Source: Eledone cirrhosa
Taxonomy: Eukaryota
Direction of reading: 5' to 3'
DNA: 64,000 nt
Assembly: GCA_964016885.1 (NCBI GenBank)
Contig: OZ024740.1
Span: forward strand, 291,338,001-291,402,000
Under the pieces are notes generated by a model. It ran no database searches. It had not been told where the DNA came from and worked only from the letters and a program-made list of their open reading frames with translations. How positions within the stretch are numbered: position 1 is the stretch's first letter; each line of letters opens with the position of its first letter. Shown here piece after piece: positions 40,037 to 53,321 of this stretch. Position numbers and translations under genes: made by a program.

Positions 40037-42284
40037 TTTTTGTGAGGTCCTGTTCATTGATTATATTAAATAACTTCACGATATTTAATAACATCAAGTT
40101 TTTTCAATTCACAAGAAATCTGGAAAGGATTCTTTCAGAATAAAGAATGACAGTTTTCTGTGACTCTGCTGACTGAGTTCCAGTCCCATTGAATTAGCAG
40201 AAATGGAATGTCTAACAGTATTTACTAATGTTCCTTTGTGTTGAGGGTTCAATTCTTACAAAGGTCAACATTGTTTTTCATTCTTCTGTGATACAATACC
40301 AGTCAAGTTGATTTAATAATCTCTAACCCTCCCCAAAATATGAGACATTGAGCCTATATTACAAATATATTTGAAGATGTTTGATTTAGCAGAAACTGTA
40401 CAATGCTAGATCAAGCATAGGCAACCTTTTCCAAGCAGTGGGCCACATAGGATGTGGCTCATCATAAGACAGGCTGCACTACTAAAAATTCAAGGCAGTT
40501 TTGAAATTAGGCATGCCATTCAGATAGCCAAATGGGCTGCATGCAGCTCATGGGCCACAGTTTGCTTGTGAGTGTGCTAGATAAATGTTTTATGATGATT
40601 TAGCTTTGTCACCTTTAAGTTCTGTATTTAAATGTTATTGGAATCCACTTTGTATTTCATTATTTACAGGGGTGGATTGGCAGTATCAGTAGAGGGTCGG
40701 ACACCATGCTTTGACACATAGAGTTACGGCCCTTGCCATTCTGAGTTCAAATCCCGCCGAGGTTAACTTTGCCTTTCATCCTTACGGGGTCGATAAAATA
40801 AAGTACCAGTCATGCACTGGGATAATTTCTGGCCTTGTGCCAAAAGTAGAAACAATTATTTACAGGGTAGTGAATTGGCAGTATCGGTAGAGGGTTGGAC
40901 GCCATGCTTTCTAGCATAGTTACGTCCCTTTACGGTCTGAGTTCAAATCCTGTCGAGGTTAACTTTGCCTTTCATCCTTACAGGGTCGATAAAATAAAGT
41001 ACCAGTATTGTACTTACTGGGTAATTGCTGGCCTTGTGCCAAAAGTAGAAACAATTATTTACAGGGCTATTGTGGGGGAAGGAAGGCATAAAATACCTAA
41101 AGGTATTCTTTCAACTATACTTTTCTATTTCAAAACAATTGGGTTTCTACATAAAACAAGATTATGATAATTATGAATGAATCATGTACAGCGATGGATT
41201 GGCTGTATCGGTAGAGCGTCGGACAGCCTGCTTCACAGCAGAGAGTTACGGCCCTTTACATTTCAAGTTCAAATCCTGCTAAGGTTAGCTTTGCCTTTCA
41301 TCCTTTCAGGGTCGATAAAATAAAGTACCAGTAATACACTGAGGTTGATTTAGTCGGCTTTCCCTCTTCCCTTCAAATTGCTGGCCTTGTGCTAAATGTA
41401 GAAACAATTATGAATGAATCATGTGCCATACTGTTCAGTGTAGGCAACTATGTCATGACATGTCATCTTGTACATCACCAACCATCTAGTTTGTGGCTGA
41501 TGCCTTCTCTGCCACTATCTAAGATGTTCTACTGATTATTTTTGAAATAAAATGTTATTGTACCGTGATTGTGTATTGTTTTCTTAGATAACACTTTTAT
41601 ATCATTTGTAATCACTCCCATTATAACACCACATTTATGGTAAATGAAGACACTAAAAATCATCTTCTTCTTGAAATTATCCTAATTCCAGCTTCATTTG
41701 ATTGCCAAGTGCCCAACAGTAATCACTTTACTTATCAAAGCAAACTGAAGATGTCTTTAATGGAAGTGGAATGTTTTCTTTACACTAATCATCATCATTT
41801 AATGTCAGTTTTTCCTTACCAGCAAGAGTTGGACAAGTCATTACAGACCAAGTTATTGTTTTTATCAGAGTCACTGATCTTTCATATTGGTAGAGGGACA
41901 CATCTTGCTTATATACATTCCTCCATACTACAGAGTACACTGTTCATTTTATTGTGACACTAGTACAAGGGAGATCATCATGTTTTTTTACACAACTAAA
42001 GAGTTCCCATTTCCCTTTGCTTAGCAAGTTTTCTATGGATGGATGCCATTCTTATCACCAACTGCTTTATCATGTCACCAATTATCGCAATTGAACAATG
42101 ATGATTATCATGGCACATTAGCATAAAGTTACCATTCTGTCTTCTTACTTAATCTAATTATAATCTTATATGCCCATTTTGTTCTAGTTAATTTACTTAC
42201 GTTCTTCTTCAATTCACAAATATTTACAGAAACTGAATTCGAAATAAAATAAAGATGGGAAATATTAAAAGTCATTGAATAACT

Positions 42285-42545
42285 TCCATCAAGCATTTAC
42301 CATACTCTGAATGCCTTGCTTCCCTGGGCATGGATACATTAAAGTTCCAACATCTGGCAATTGATTTGGTAGACATCCACAAGATTATTAACCATCTTTC
42401 CAACGACAACCCTGAGTACCTTTTTGAATTCCATGTGTCTAATACCCGTGGACATGCTTACAAAATCAGAAAACAGTACAGCTCCCATGACTTTTGGAAA
42501 CATTTTTTCATGCTCAGAGTTGCTAAAGCATGAAACAACCTGCAT
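42285..42545 (+). mobile_element. CR1-type LINE 3' fragment
   Basis: DLVDIHKIIN..NTRGHAYKIRKQ..FF..RV motif. Confidence 0.7.
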
Positions 42546-44067
42546 CTACACTACACCTGATATTCCTCCTCCATACACTCACACATGCGCGGGGGGGGGG
42601 GGGGTATCATGACTCATACACTGTTTACTTAACTTTTGTACATTATTCTATGTATTATACATGCACTTTTGACTACCTTTTCTGATGACTGCTCCTGACA
42701 ACGGTGCACAATAATTTTCCTTATTATCGGTAGCTCTCCTTTCATCCTTACGGGGTCGATAAAATAAAGCACCAGTAATGCACTAAGGTCGATTTAATCG
42801 ACTTTTCCCTCTCCCCCAAATTGCTGGCCTTGTGCCTATAGTAGAAATCATTATTATCGGTAGCTCTTAAATCAAGGGAAATAACTCCGTTTCTTTCTAT
42901 TCAAGGGAGATTATACCATCTCTTTAATGATAAATTGAATCCTCACAAAATGCTATTAACCAATCAATCGTTTTATAGCAGATATCAACATAGATCTGTG
43001 GTTCTTAACCTTTTTCTATCACAGCACCCCTTGAGATTTTGAAATTCCACCCTACACATAAGACAAAAGAACTTGAATTTTCAGGTCAAATTATCACCTA
43101 CTGAGCTGCTGCTATTTAATTAACTACTATTATAAATAAATACAAATAACAGAAAATTACCAATAAAAATATTTGATAAGAAGTAAAACAAAAAAAAAGT
43201 TGTTTTTCTGGGCCTCCTGTACACTTAAGAACTGAATCTGGCACCCACTGCCTTAGATGTTTAACCCTTTAGCATTTAAACTGGCCGTATCCAGCCAGAA
43301 TTCTCTCCCCTCTTTTGGTTTAAACTGTAACCAGCCACTCATACTGGTGTTATGGTATTGTTTTCAAAATAAATAATATCAAAATCTCAGATTCGATATT
43401 ATGTGAGGTAATTATGTGAGATATATCCTTTACTGTGAAAATACAATAGTAAATATAGAGTAATGTAAATGCTACAGGATTAAACTGAACATCAACTGCC
43501 TCTACCTCCCCAATCTAGAACAACCTGCAAAGATCATGGACATTGTTCTTTTGTTTTTGACTAGGAGATTAAAAATAAATTACAAGTTGAAATATTTATT
43601 CATATATTTAAGCAATTTAAACATATAGAGGTAGTAAACCATGGCAGACTGGGAGAGATATCTAATATATCTTACTTTTAAAAAACAACAAGAATTATAA
43701 ACAATTTGTAATGTTATTTATTAATGTAAGAATCATAAACAATTTATAATGTTGTTTATACAACTGTGAATAATAACAATTCCTGATAGAAAAAAAACAA
43801 GGAAAAGAAAGAGAACAACAGGAGGCAAAAGAAGCATTTAAAAAATAGTGAAAAAACAGACGACTATAAAACAACTAAAAGTTTCTTTTGTTGAATCTTT
43901 TCATAGTTTCCACCATGTACTGAAATATCTTGTTTATAGTTGGTAGATCTTTGACAATATATAAATTGTTAGAAAGCTTCAGCACCCCTTGTTGTAGTGT
44001 GTGGCTCTTCTCCCTTCCGCGCCTTTTTTATTAACCACTTCCCTTTTTTTCACTTTTTAGTATTGTA

Positions 44068-44446
44068 TGAGGGCAATCCCAAAAGTAAGGTCTCCTTCCG
44101 ATATTGCAACTTTTCCGTTCAAATCCTGTGGATGGTGCTTCGGGAAACCTCAGGAACAAAAATGCAGAGAGCATCCAGAGTGATCCGCCGATCATTACGC
44201 ATGTTTTCCTCGGAAGGAGACCTTACTTTTGGGATTGCCCTCGTATATAATAACTGCGCGATATTCGCACTTGGCGGCAGCATTCAACGGGAGCTCCATT
44301 CTCAACGGCTGCCAAGCCAAGATTGAGCATCCCAGCGAAGTACGTGCATGCTTGTTTGGGAGTGAAGGAAGCACCGATCACAACAGTGTTGCCAACAGCC
44401 GTACGAACAGTTTCTCTGCGTCCCCATTGCTTTGGGATTACCCTCG
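44068..44446. mobile_element. Tc1/mariner-type MITE with ~35-bp TIRs (44068-44243) and a second right-end copy ending at 44446
   Basis: TA-tgagggcaatcccaaaagtaaggtctccttccga ... tcggaaggagaccttacttttgggattgccctcg-TA. Confidence 0.75.
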
Positions 44447-44504
44447 TATATAGAAATACATTATCATTATCATCATTATCTAACCTCCACTTTCCCTGAT
44501 AGTA

Positions 44505-45250
44505 TCATCATCATCGTTTAACGTCTATCTTCCATGCTAGCATGGGTTTAGACAGGAATTGTCCCACTTGAGGCAAGATTGGTTGTCTTGCTGGTATAGG
44601 ACTGTCTGGCAGGTTTTCTACAGCTGGATGCCCTTCCTAACACCAACCACATTTACAGTGTGAACTGGGAGGTTTTTACCATGTTACCTACATGGCCACA
44701 TTACAGCATGGACTGTGTGTTTTTTATCGTGACACCTACACGATCTCGATCTCATTTATTTAGGACTGGATGTTGTGGTACCAACATAACTTTACAGAGA
44801 AAGGGGTGGTGTTGATGGGGGTGGGATGGGTAGTGTATTTTTTGGTTAAGAGGTGTCTACTGATTGTAGGTTTCGCTTTGTACATAGGCAAGGCGGGTCT
44901 TCTGCATTACTGCGTAGCGCCAAAGATCTCGGTCCAGTGACATTGTCTTGGAGAAGCGTAAGTGTGTAAGGTCGGAATTTATCAAATCGTCCCAGGTTTT
45001 TCTGGGTCTGCCTACTCTGTAGTTTCCATCAATTTTGATCACCCTGTACTTTTTTTATACAGCTGTCGTCTTTCATGCGCATCACGTGACCATACCAACG
45101 CGTTAGATCATCTGCATATAGAAGTTCTCATGGGCAGCCGGTCCCAAACTCCTCTGTTAAAGCCTGAAGGGCAATAATAAATAGGAGGGGGCTAAGGACA
45201 GAGCCCTGATGAACAACTTTTACGCTAAATTCTTCACTATATTCGTTGTT
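44505..45250 (-). mobile_element. RTE LINE 3' fragment with internal deletion
   Basis: Homologous to 47401-48880; CPxELLYADDL is joined directly to RWYGHV. Confidence 0.85.
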
Positions 45251-45369
45251 ATATATATATAGTAATAATAATAATAAATGTATATATATATATATATATA
45301 TATCTATATGAAAAACAACATTTTCTCATTCAGAATATATTTTATAACTCTTTAGAACATATTATGTAA

Positions 45370-46500
45370 TACGGGGGAGACTTTCTTCTGTTTTGGACAC
45401 CAGAAATCATTACAGAGAAGAATAAAACAAAAAGAACAGGAGCCATGACACAACCCTGCTTCGTAACGTTTGTGATACCAAAGGGTTCAGAGCATTCGTC
45501 ATTTGACATAATTGATACTCTCATGAAAAGACAAGATGACATTTGGCATATTGTCAGGTATGCCAAGCTTTTTGAGGATTCCAGAGAGCTTTGTGATTGA
45601 CAGTGTCAAAAGTTTTGATTAAATCAACAAAGACCATAAACAGATCCTGGTTCTTTTCGTAAACCTTTTCTGCAACCTGGCAAAGGGGGAAATCATGTAC
45701 CTCAATCTCTGCAGAAACCACATTGATTTTCAGGGTAGATATCATCATCAAGTCTGGGGGTAATTCTGTTGAGAATGACATGTACAAGCACCTTGCCAGC
45801 AATACAGAAAAGGGAGATGTTGCGCGAGTTGATGCAGATAGATGTTTTTACCTTTGTTCTTGAAAAGATGGATTATAGATGCATCCCTGAAGTCTTGAGA
45901 GACATGTTCAACCTTTCAGATTTCCAGAAATAGCCGATGGAGCTTACAAACCAGTTTTTACCACCATATTTGAAAATTTCAGGTTGGATATCATCTTTAC
46001 CAGGAGCTATATTTGATGACAGTTACTTGATAGCAGCTAGTATTTCATTTAAGCTTGGATTGAATGTTAATTCAAGTACTTCTGGCCCTTGTGGAATAGA
46101 TGATATTACATCTTCATCAATGTTTGACTCAGCATTTAGGACTTTTTCAAAGTGTTCCTTCCATCAAGAAAGTACAGCAACTTTGTCTGTCTATAGGGTT
46201 GTACTATCAGGGGATAGAACTGGATTTGACCTTCTTTCCCTTGGACCATATACTGCATTCAAACCATTATAAAATGCCCTTGAGTTCTTTTTATCAACAA
46301 CTTCTTGTAGTTCAGATACTTTAGCCGCCTACCAGGCATCCATCTTTCTAGATGAGGACTGTGCCTGCTGCTTACAATCTTTATAGGCTTTTTTAGTTGA
46401 GTTTTTATCTCCAATACAAAGCCTGTGTAGGCTATGCATCTAACTGATAAGGTTCTGGACATCTGAGTTGCTTTCATCAAACTAGCCCTGGTGTTTTCTT
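45370..46500 (-). mobile_element. Decayed RTE/BovB-like LINE reverse transcriptase
   Basis: VFVDLIKTFDTVNHKALW and KQGCVMAPVLF motifs with stops and frameshifts. Confidence 0.75.
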
Positions 46501-46559
46501 ATAGGAAATCTTAAGACTTCTATGGAGGCTGCATATGAGGCATCATTGAGCACTAAGGT

Positions 46560-47310
46560 ACATACCCTTTTGAGAAAACCCCTGCATGGATAGAAAATGT
46601 ATAGTCTGCAGATTAAGCCCACAAATTAACTGTAAAACTAGGAATGTAGCATATAGCATAAGATGTATGGAGTGACAGTGTAAGAATATGAACACGAGTT
46701 ACATAGGTGAGACGACTTGTAGCATAGAAGAAAGAATAAAAGAACACAGGCAAGAACTCCAAGAGGGGAAAAAACTCATCAGTGCACCACCAGCATGCCA
46801 GAATGGAACACGGGAGCACACTAAAGAACATTGAGATAAAAATTATATCCACACAGAACAGATGTTATGTTCTGACAGATCACAGAGGCCACAAACATAA
46901 ACGAATTTGAACCAAAACTAAACAGAAAACATGAATGGAATAGCAACAACCTCACAACGTAGTAACTCAGAACAAGATAAAGACGTACAGAGACACACAA
47001 GAACTAAATTAATAAAACAAACGAAACACAGATAGAACAACCAACCAGCTAGTGACAAGTAAATAAACAAATGCATATATATTTTTTTTAATTAATAAAA
47101 ATACACACACACAAACCCGGATATAACACATGCACAGCCCAAGTACACAGCTCACAAAGACTAGATGGTGTAAGACAGAACAAAGGAGAAACCCAAAATA
47201 ACAACAAAAGTAGTCACTGAGGAGGTTACAGAATGAGTGATGAAAGAGCTTTGATGACAATCAACAACTAAATAACTATCTGTTTAGTTTTACTAATAAT
47301 AAATTGAAGT
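46560..47310 (+). mobile_element. Penelope-like element remnant: GIY-YIG endonuclease and 3' end
   Basis: Manual translation NCKTRNVAYSIRCME*QCK..SYIGETTCSIEERIKEHR ... EPKLNRKHEW; degenerate CTGAGGA..GAAA core at 47217-47251, then AATAAA. Confidence 0.75.
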
Positions 47311-47400
47311 GAAACTCAACAAGTGTGTGTGTGTTTTTTTATTGGCAGCATGACATAAAAGTCTTGCAAAACAAATACAAAAATGATGTATGCATAAATC

Positions 47401-49577
47401 ATCATCATCATCATCAACGTTTAACGTCCGTGTTCCACGCTTGCATGGGTTTGGACGGGGGTTTTCCCACTTGAGGCAAGAGTGATTGTCTTGCTCGCAT
47501 AGGACTGTCTGGCAGGTTTTCTACAGTTGGATGCCCTTCCTAACACCAACCACATTTACAGTGTGGGTCTGGGAGGTTTTTTACCGTGTTGCCTACACGG
47601 CCACATTACAGCGTGGACTGTGTGTTTTTTTGTCGTGACACCTACACAATCTCATTTGTTTTGGCCTGAATGGTGTGGCACCAACATAACTTTACATAGA
47701 AGGGGGCGGTGTGGATGGGGTGGGGGTGGTGGGACGGGGGTGTATTCTGTTAGAGATGCCTACTGACTGTAGTAGGTTTTACTATGTATTTAGGTAAGGC
47801 GGGTCTTCTCTATTACTGAGTACCGCCAAAGGTCTCGGTCCAGTGACATTGTCTTGGAGAGGTGTAAGTGTGTGAGGTCGGAGTTTATCAGCTCGTCCCA
47901 GGTTTTTCTAGGTCTGCCTATTCCGTGGCTACCGTCTATCTTTATTGCCCTGCACTTTGTTATACAGCTATCGACTTTCATGCGCATCACGTGTCCATAC
48001 CAACGTAGCCTTCTCTCGAGTAAACAACATCTGATCCCTCTTATTTCTAATTTTTTCTTTAGTTCGTTTATGCTTTGCCGTTCACGTATATTACTATTAC
48101 ACATCCAGCAGAGCATGCAAGCTTCGTTCCTCTCTAGTCTGCGTATATCCTCTGCACACAATGCCCAGGTCTCACTGCCATGCAACATTGCTGTTCGTAT
48201 GCAGGCATCATACAACCTGCCTTTCGTTTTTAGGGAGAACCCTTTAGCAGCTAATAGTGGTATAAGCTCTCTGAACTTTTTCCATCCAGTTCTGACTCTA
48301 GCTACTGTACTTTCAGAGCACCCTCCCCCACTGCTGATTTTGTCACCCAGGTAACGGAAGCTGTCCACTATTTCTATAGAGCCCTCTGCGCAGTTGAAAG
48401 AGCTAGTATTTTGTGGGCACTTGCTGCTACTTATTGCACCAGAGCACCGCCCACATGTGAAATCTATGTTCTTAGTTAGCTTACCTGTGATCCCACTACA
48501 TCTTTTATGCACCCATACTTTGCATTTCTGACACAAAATGGAGTTTCTACCTACGCCTTTCCTACACACTGAGCATGGCCACTTCCCTGAAGGGACCGCC
48601 GCCTTATTTTCTTTCCTACAAACTAGAACTTTGGTCTTAGCCAGATTAATTTTAAGGCCTTTTGATTCTAGGCCGTGCTTCCATGTTTGGAATTTCTTCT
48701 CTAGCTCGGCCATTGATTCAGCTATGAGTGTTAGGTCGTCTGCGTATAGGAGTTCCCATGGGCAGCCGGTCTTGAACTCCTCTGTTATAGCCTGAAGGGC
48801 AATAATAAATAGTAGGGGCTGAGAACAGAGCCCTGATGGACGCCAACTTTTACGCTAAACTCTTCACTATATTCGTTGTTAATTCTAACCTTGCTGACTG
48901 TTTCTTTATACATGGCTTGTATAGCTCTCACAAGCCATTCGTCGACACCTAGTCGAAGGCTTTCTCCAAGTCGACAAAAGCTAAGTAGAGGGGTTTACTT
49001 TTAGCTAGGTACTTCTCCTGTAGTTGTCGTACAATGAAAAGAGCGTCTGTGGTACTTTTGCCTGACACAAACCCGAACTGCATTTCATTTAGGTCAATTC
49101 TCTCTCTGATTAGTTGCGCTATTACTTTTTCCGTGACCTTCATGACCTGGTCGATTAATTTAATGCCTCTATAGTTACTCCTATCTAGGGCATCTCCTTT
49201 ACTCTTATAACAGTTAACGATGATGCTGCTATGCCAGTCCTTCGGAACAACCCCATTCTGTACGACTTGGTTAACTATCCGGGTGACCATGGTGTGTCCC
49301 ACCGTGCCAGATGCCTTCAGCATCTCAGCAACTATTTCCGAAGGCCCAGCCGCCTTACCCGTCTTCATATCCTTGATTGCCTTACTTATTATACTACCCT
49401 CGACTAACACTGCTGGTCCCTCTATTGGGTCGGTGTGGGGGAGACTGTCTTTCTCCTCATTTAGTAGCCTTTCATAGTGACACTTCCAAGCTACCTTCTT
49501 ATCAGTGTCGGTGATGGCAAGTACGCCGTCATCATTAAGTACACACTTCTCCCCGACAATATCACGGTTTTCCTTGA
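47401..49577 (-). mobile_element. RTE LINE, 5'-truncated, largely open reverse transcriptase
   Basis: ORFs 48949-49410 (KAAGP..NYRGIKL..FVDLEKAFD) and 47790-48713, with YADDL at about 48745; (GAT)n tail. Confidence 0.92.
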
Positions 49578-50138
49578 CACATATATATATATTTATTTAT
49601 CTGCAAATGTGCAGGTCAAACACAAGAGAAATAGGACTCACTGCTTAGCCATAATATATGAATATTTAAATTGTACTTCAGTATTGAGTACTTTTTCTCA
49701 TGGCTGCCAATAACACATGGATATATATATATTTAGTCCAAACTAATAAGATCGTGTAGGTGTCACAACAAAAAACACACAGTCCACGCTGTAATGTGGT
49801 CATGTAGGTAACATGGTAAAAAGTTCCCGGTCCACACTGTAAATGTGGTTGGTATTACGAAGGGCATCCAGCCGTAGAAAACCTGCCAGTTAGTCCTATA
49901 CAAGCGAATAGTTATTATTGGATGGTTAGTACATTTTAATTTATTCTTTAATCGATCTGTATTCTCCTTTCCTTCGAAGACAATATATTCGTCACTCTGG
50001 CGGTTTTCTATCCCCTATAATTAAAAACATACTTCTTTGTGTACTTCTCTCTATATACTGATTTATAAAGAGCCCGGAATCTATTCCTTGAGCTCATTAA
50101 ATTATTGGAGATTAACGCAAGTCTTTAACTCTGTTTTT

Positions 50139-50172
<34 letters not shown>

Positions 50173-50182
<10 letters not shown>

Positions 50183-50671
50183 AGAAATTAAAAGATGGTT
50201 AAAAAAGTTCCATATATTTTATTATGCGCATTTCGAAAACAATATCATCCTGGGACAAAAATTGTGTTCTCATCAGATAAAAAATTATTTACAGCTGTTT
50301 TCATTTTGACAGCGTTCCTGATCAAAAGTCTCTCTCTCTCTCCTCCTTCTTTCTTTCTTTTTCCTTCTTTCCTTTTCTTCATTTTTCCTATTTTTCTCTT
50401 ACTCTTATATTTTTGTCATATGTAGACTGCACACTTTCTTGTTCACAAGTGTTTTTAGGCCTCATATCATGTTACCTTATTTTTATCTGATGAGAACACA
50501 ATTTTTGTCCCAGGATGATGTTTTCGAAATGCGCATAATAAAATATATGGAACTTCTTTAACCATCTTTTAATTTCTTCTTTAATATATACTCCAGTTCT
50601 ACCAACTGTTGAGTGCTACTTATCTGATATATTCATAGTTTTATTGTTCTACAATATTACTCACCTCCTAC
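50173..50671 (+). mobile_element. Fold-back Penelope-like element, third diverged instance, with hammerheads at 50215-50284 (-) and 50479-50545 (+)
   Basis: ~110-bp inverted arms; CTGATGA-GAACAC..GTTTTC-GAAA-TGCGCA-TA/ATAAAA; same tail ending ctcacctcctaca; flanked by (TA)n. Confidence 0.7.
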
Positions 50672-50717
50672 ATATATATATATATATTAGAATATAAATA
50701 TTAATAAAATAGATGTA

Positions 50718-50772
50718 CATTTTATTATACATATTTCGGATGTACAACAGTACGTCCTCATCAGACAAAATA
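50718..50772 (-). ncRNA. Type I hammerhead ribozyme motif (different subfamily)
   Basis: TATTTTGT-CTGATGA-GGACGTAC-TGTT-GTACATCC-GAAA-TATGTA-T-A/ATAAAATG. Confidence 0.75.
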
Positions 50773-52929
50773 TAATGATACATGACATACCCTGAGATGT
50801 TAAATGGTTAAGATTTAATCAAGGTAGTGATTAACCTAAGAGAAAATTTAACATTTATACCCTAATAATGAGAAAATGCGAAAACGTAATAAATTCATTA
50901 GAGAATGTGTGAGTAAGAAAAACGTTGCTTAATGTACCAGTTATCGAGATTTTAATATATATGATACTACAATTTATCTAGGAAAACATTTCATGAATTA
51001 TAACAGTCAGTGAGAGAGAGGGGGAAAGATGAGGGGGATAATGTATGCAGAAGGAGATTTTTTTCCGAAAGTTAAACGGTTAAGTTTGAAAATATTTAAT
51101 GTATGTTATCTTAGGATGAAGAATCAATATTTTAGGTGTTTTTTTTTTTAATTGGTGGTTATTTATATATTAGTTTTGTAAATTTTATAAGTGTGTTAAC
51201 ATTTCTAAGCTTCTGAATTTTTTGATGATAAGATTTAAAGGGTTTAGCTGGCTATTATTAAGGAAAGTTTACACTGTTGAATATTTTCCTAAATGTAATC
51301 TTTAATGAAGTTAGTCATTGTCAACGTATTAGGTATGTAAAGCTTTTGAAGTACTTATTGTTAGAACAATTTAAATAACGGTTATGTATATAGATATATA
51401 TTAATTAATGAGCCAGTATATTTTAGGTAAATGATAATGAAAATAAAATTAAAATAAAATAATAGTTTGAGGCATGTTAAAACTAAATATATACCCATAT
51501 ATAACCGTGTGTAAATGTATTAATTATTCCTAGCTCAAAGTAAAAACAATCAAAAATTTTAGAAGTTAACTGAAAATTATATATAGAAAGATACAAGGAG
51601 TTACATATTGATATATCTTATATTAGTGATACAGTATACTTTAGGTAAATGATAACGGTTATAATTTTATATAATAAAGTTCTACGTGTTGAAGTTAAAT
51701 ACATATATATATATAAGAAAAACAAGAATAAATGCATGGATAATTCATAGTTCAAAATAATGTTTATAATAATTTGTAATTTGTATATTTGCTCTATATT
51801 TGAATCATGGATATAAGAATGCGGTAGGTATATTTAAAAACATAGAAAATATAATTACATACATATTATAAATAAGAGATCAGAAACGCATGAAAAATTC
51901 ACAGTTATAAATAAGTTCAGTAAAGATGTTTAACTCTTACTACCACCACTAACCCTCACCCCCACAGCTCCATCCCACCACCCCGCAACTAACCTCACTA
52001 ACACCCCCTGACCCCAAGCACACGAACACACGCAACTAACATCACTAACACCCCCCAACCCCACACACACGTACCCACACACCCTCGTACACAACCAACT
52101 CTACACACCCTACCACCACTAACCCCCACTCACACCTGCATTCAACCCTTCCCCACCTCCCGTATACTAACACCCACTAACACCCCTTCATCAAACTACA
52201 CACACACTAGTACACCACACTCCCTCCATAGAACTACACACACCCTTCTCTCCTCGCTCCACACTCACTCATCCCACTAACACCTCTACTAATACACACA
52301 CACACCCTCCTCACTCCAACTTTCACACCTACCCATCCTCGCCCCTTTACCATTCCACCGACTGCTGCTATGCCCTCTGACCACCTCCCAGCACAAACAG
52401 ACACACAGCACTCCCACCGCTTGACCACTTCCTGTTGCGCGCGCACCCCACATCTCTCCTCTTCCGACCATCTCTTCATGGAATACTCGTATGTGGAACT
52501 TGACCACCACGGAATCTACTAAACATCATAGGAATTTACCAACTTTTCAACCATCCTCTTACGGAATCACCTATATAACTCACCCACACACACACCCAAA
52601 AAAATGTTTTCTCCCACACGCCACACGCCACCTACACCAACAACACGCTTAAACCCCACACACACGTGCTTTCCACCACATATTTACACCCTCAGCCTCC
52701 TGATTCCTCTCCCCCCCACCCCTATATCCACACACGCACAGACACTCCGACCTACAACCCCCCCCCCCCCCACACACACACACACATACACACCTCTTCC
52801 TGAACATGCAACCCCGTTCTTCCCCCAACCCTTACTTTCACATACACACACACACACGTACACCTACACACACACACACCACCTTCAGCCCTCCCCGCTC
52901 GGACACCCCGTCTCCCTCTCCCCACTTCA

Positions 52930-53269
52930 CCCCTACACACCCCACACCCTTCCACCACCTGTTTTACCCCTTTTTAATTTCAGTTTATTTTGATCATGCT
53001 TTTATATTTAATTTTATTTCATTCCTTGTATTTTGATCATGCTTTATTTTTATTTTTATTTTTAATTTCATTCGCACCGTTTCCTTTCGCTATATGTCTC
53101 TCCACCACTCCCCTACACACCCTTTGAACTCTGTTCCCACACACTTCTCACCTGAGGAAGGGCTTATGCCCGAAACGTCGTTCCCCACCACCACCCCACT
53201 CTCCAGAGCATGAAATTAATAAACATTCGTTGTACTGCCTCTCTGTTTTGTTCCTGTTCAAATTTTTAC

Positions 53270-53272
<3 letters not shown>
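52930..53272 (+). mobile_element. Penelope-like 3' end with partial hammerhead core
   Basis: CTGAGGA-A-GGGC-TTAT-GCCC-GAAA-CGTCG-TT at 53152-53182, then AATAAA and (TA)n; no stem I found. Confidence 0.55.

Positions 53273-53321
<49 letters not shown>

Noticed and set aside
39726-40143. ORFs with 13-aa repeats on both strands
   Set aside because: Unit length varies between 38 and 39 bp, breaking frames; treated as a minisatellite.
36655-41410. A/B-box sequences as tRNA genes
   Set aside because: They are SINE heads fused to a repeated non-tRNA core; no complete cloverleaf.
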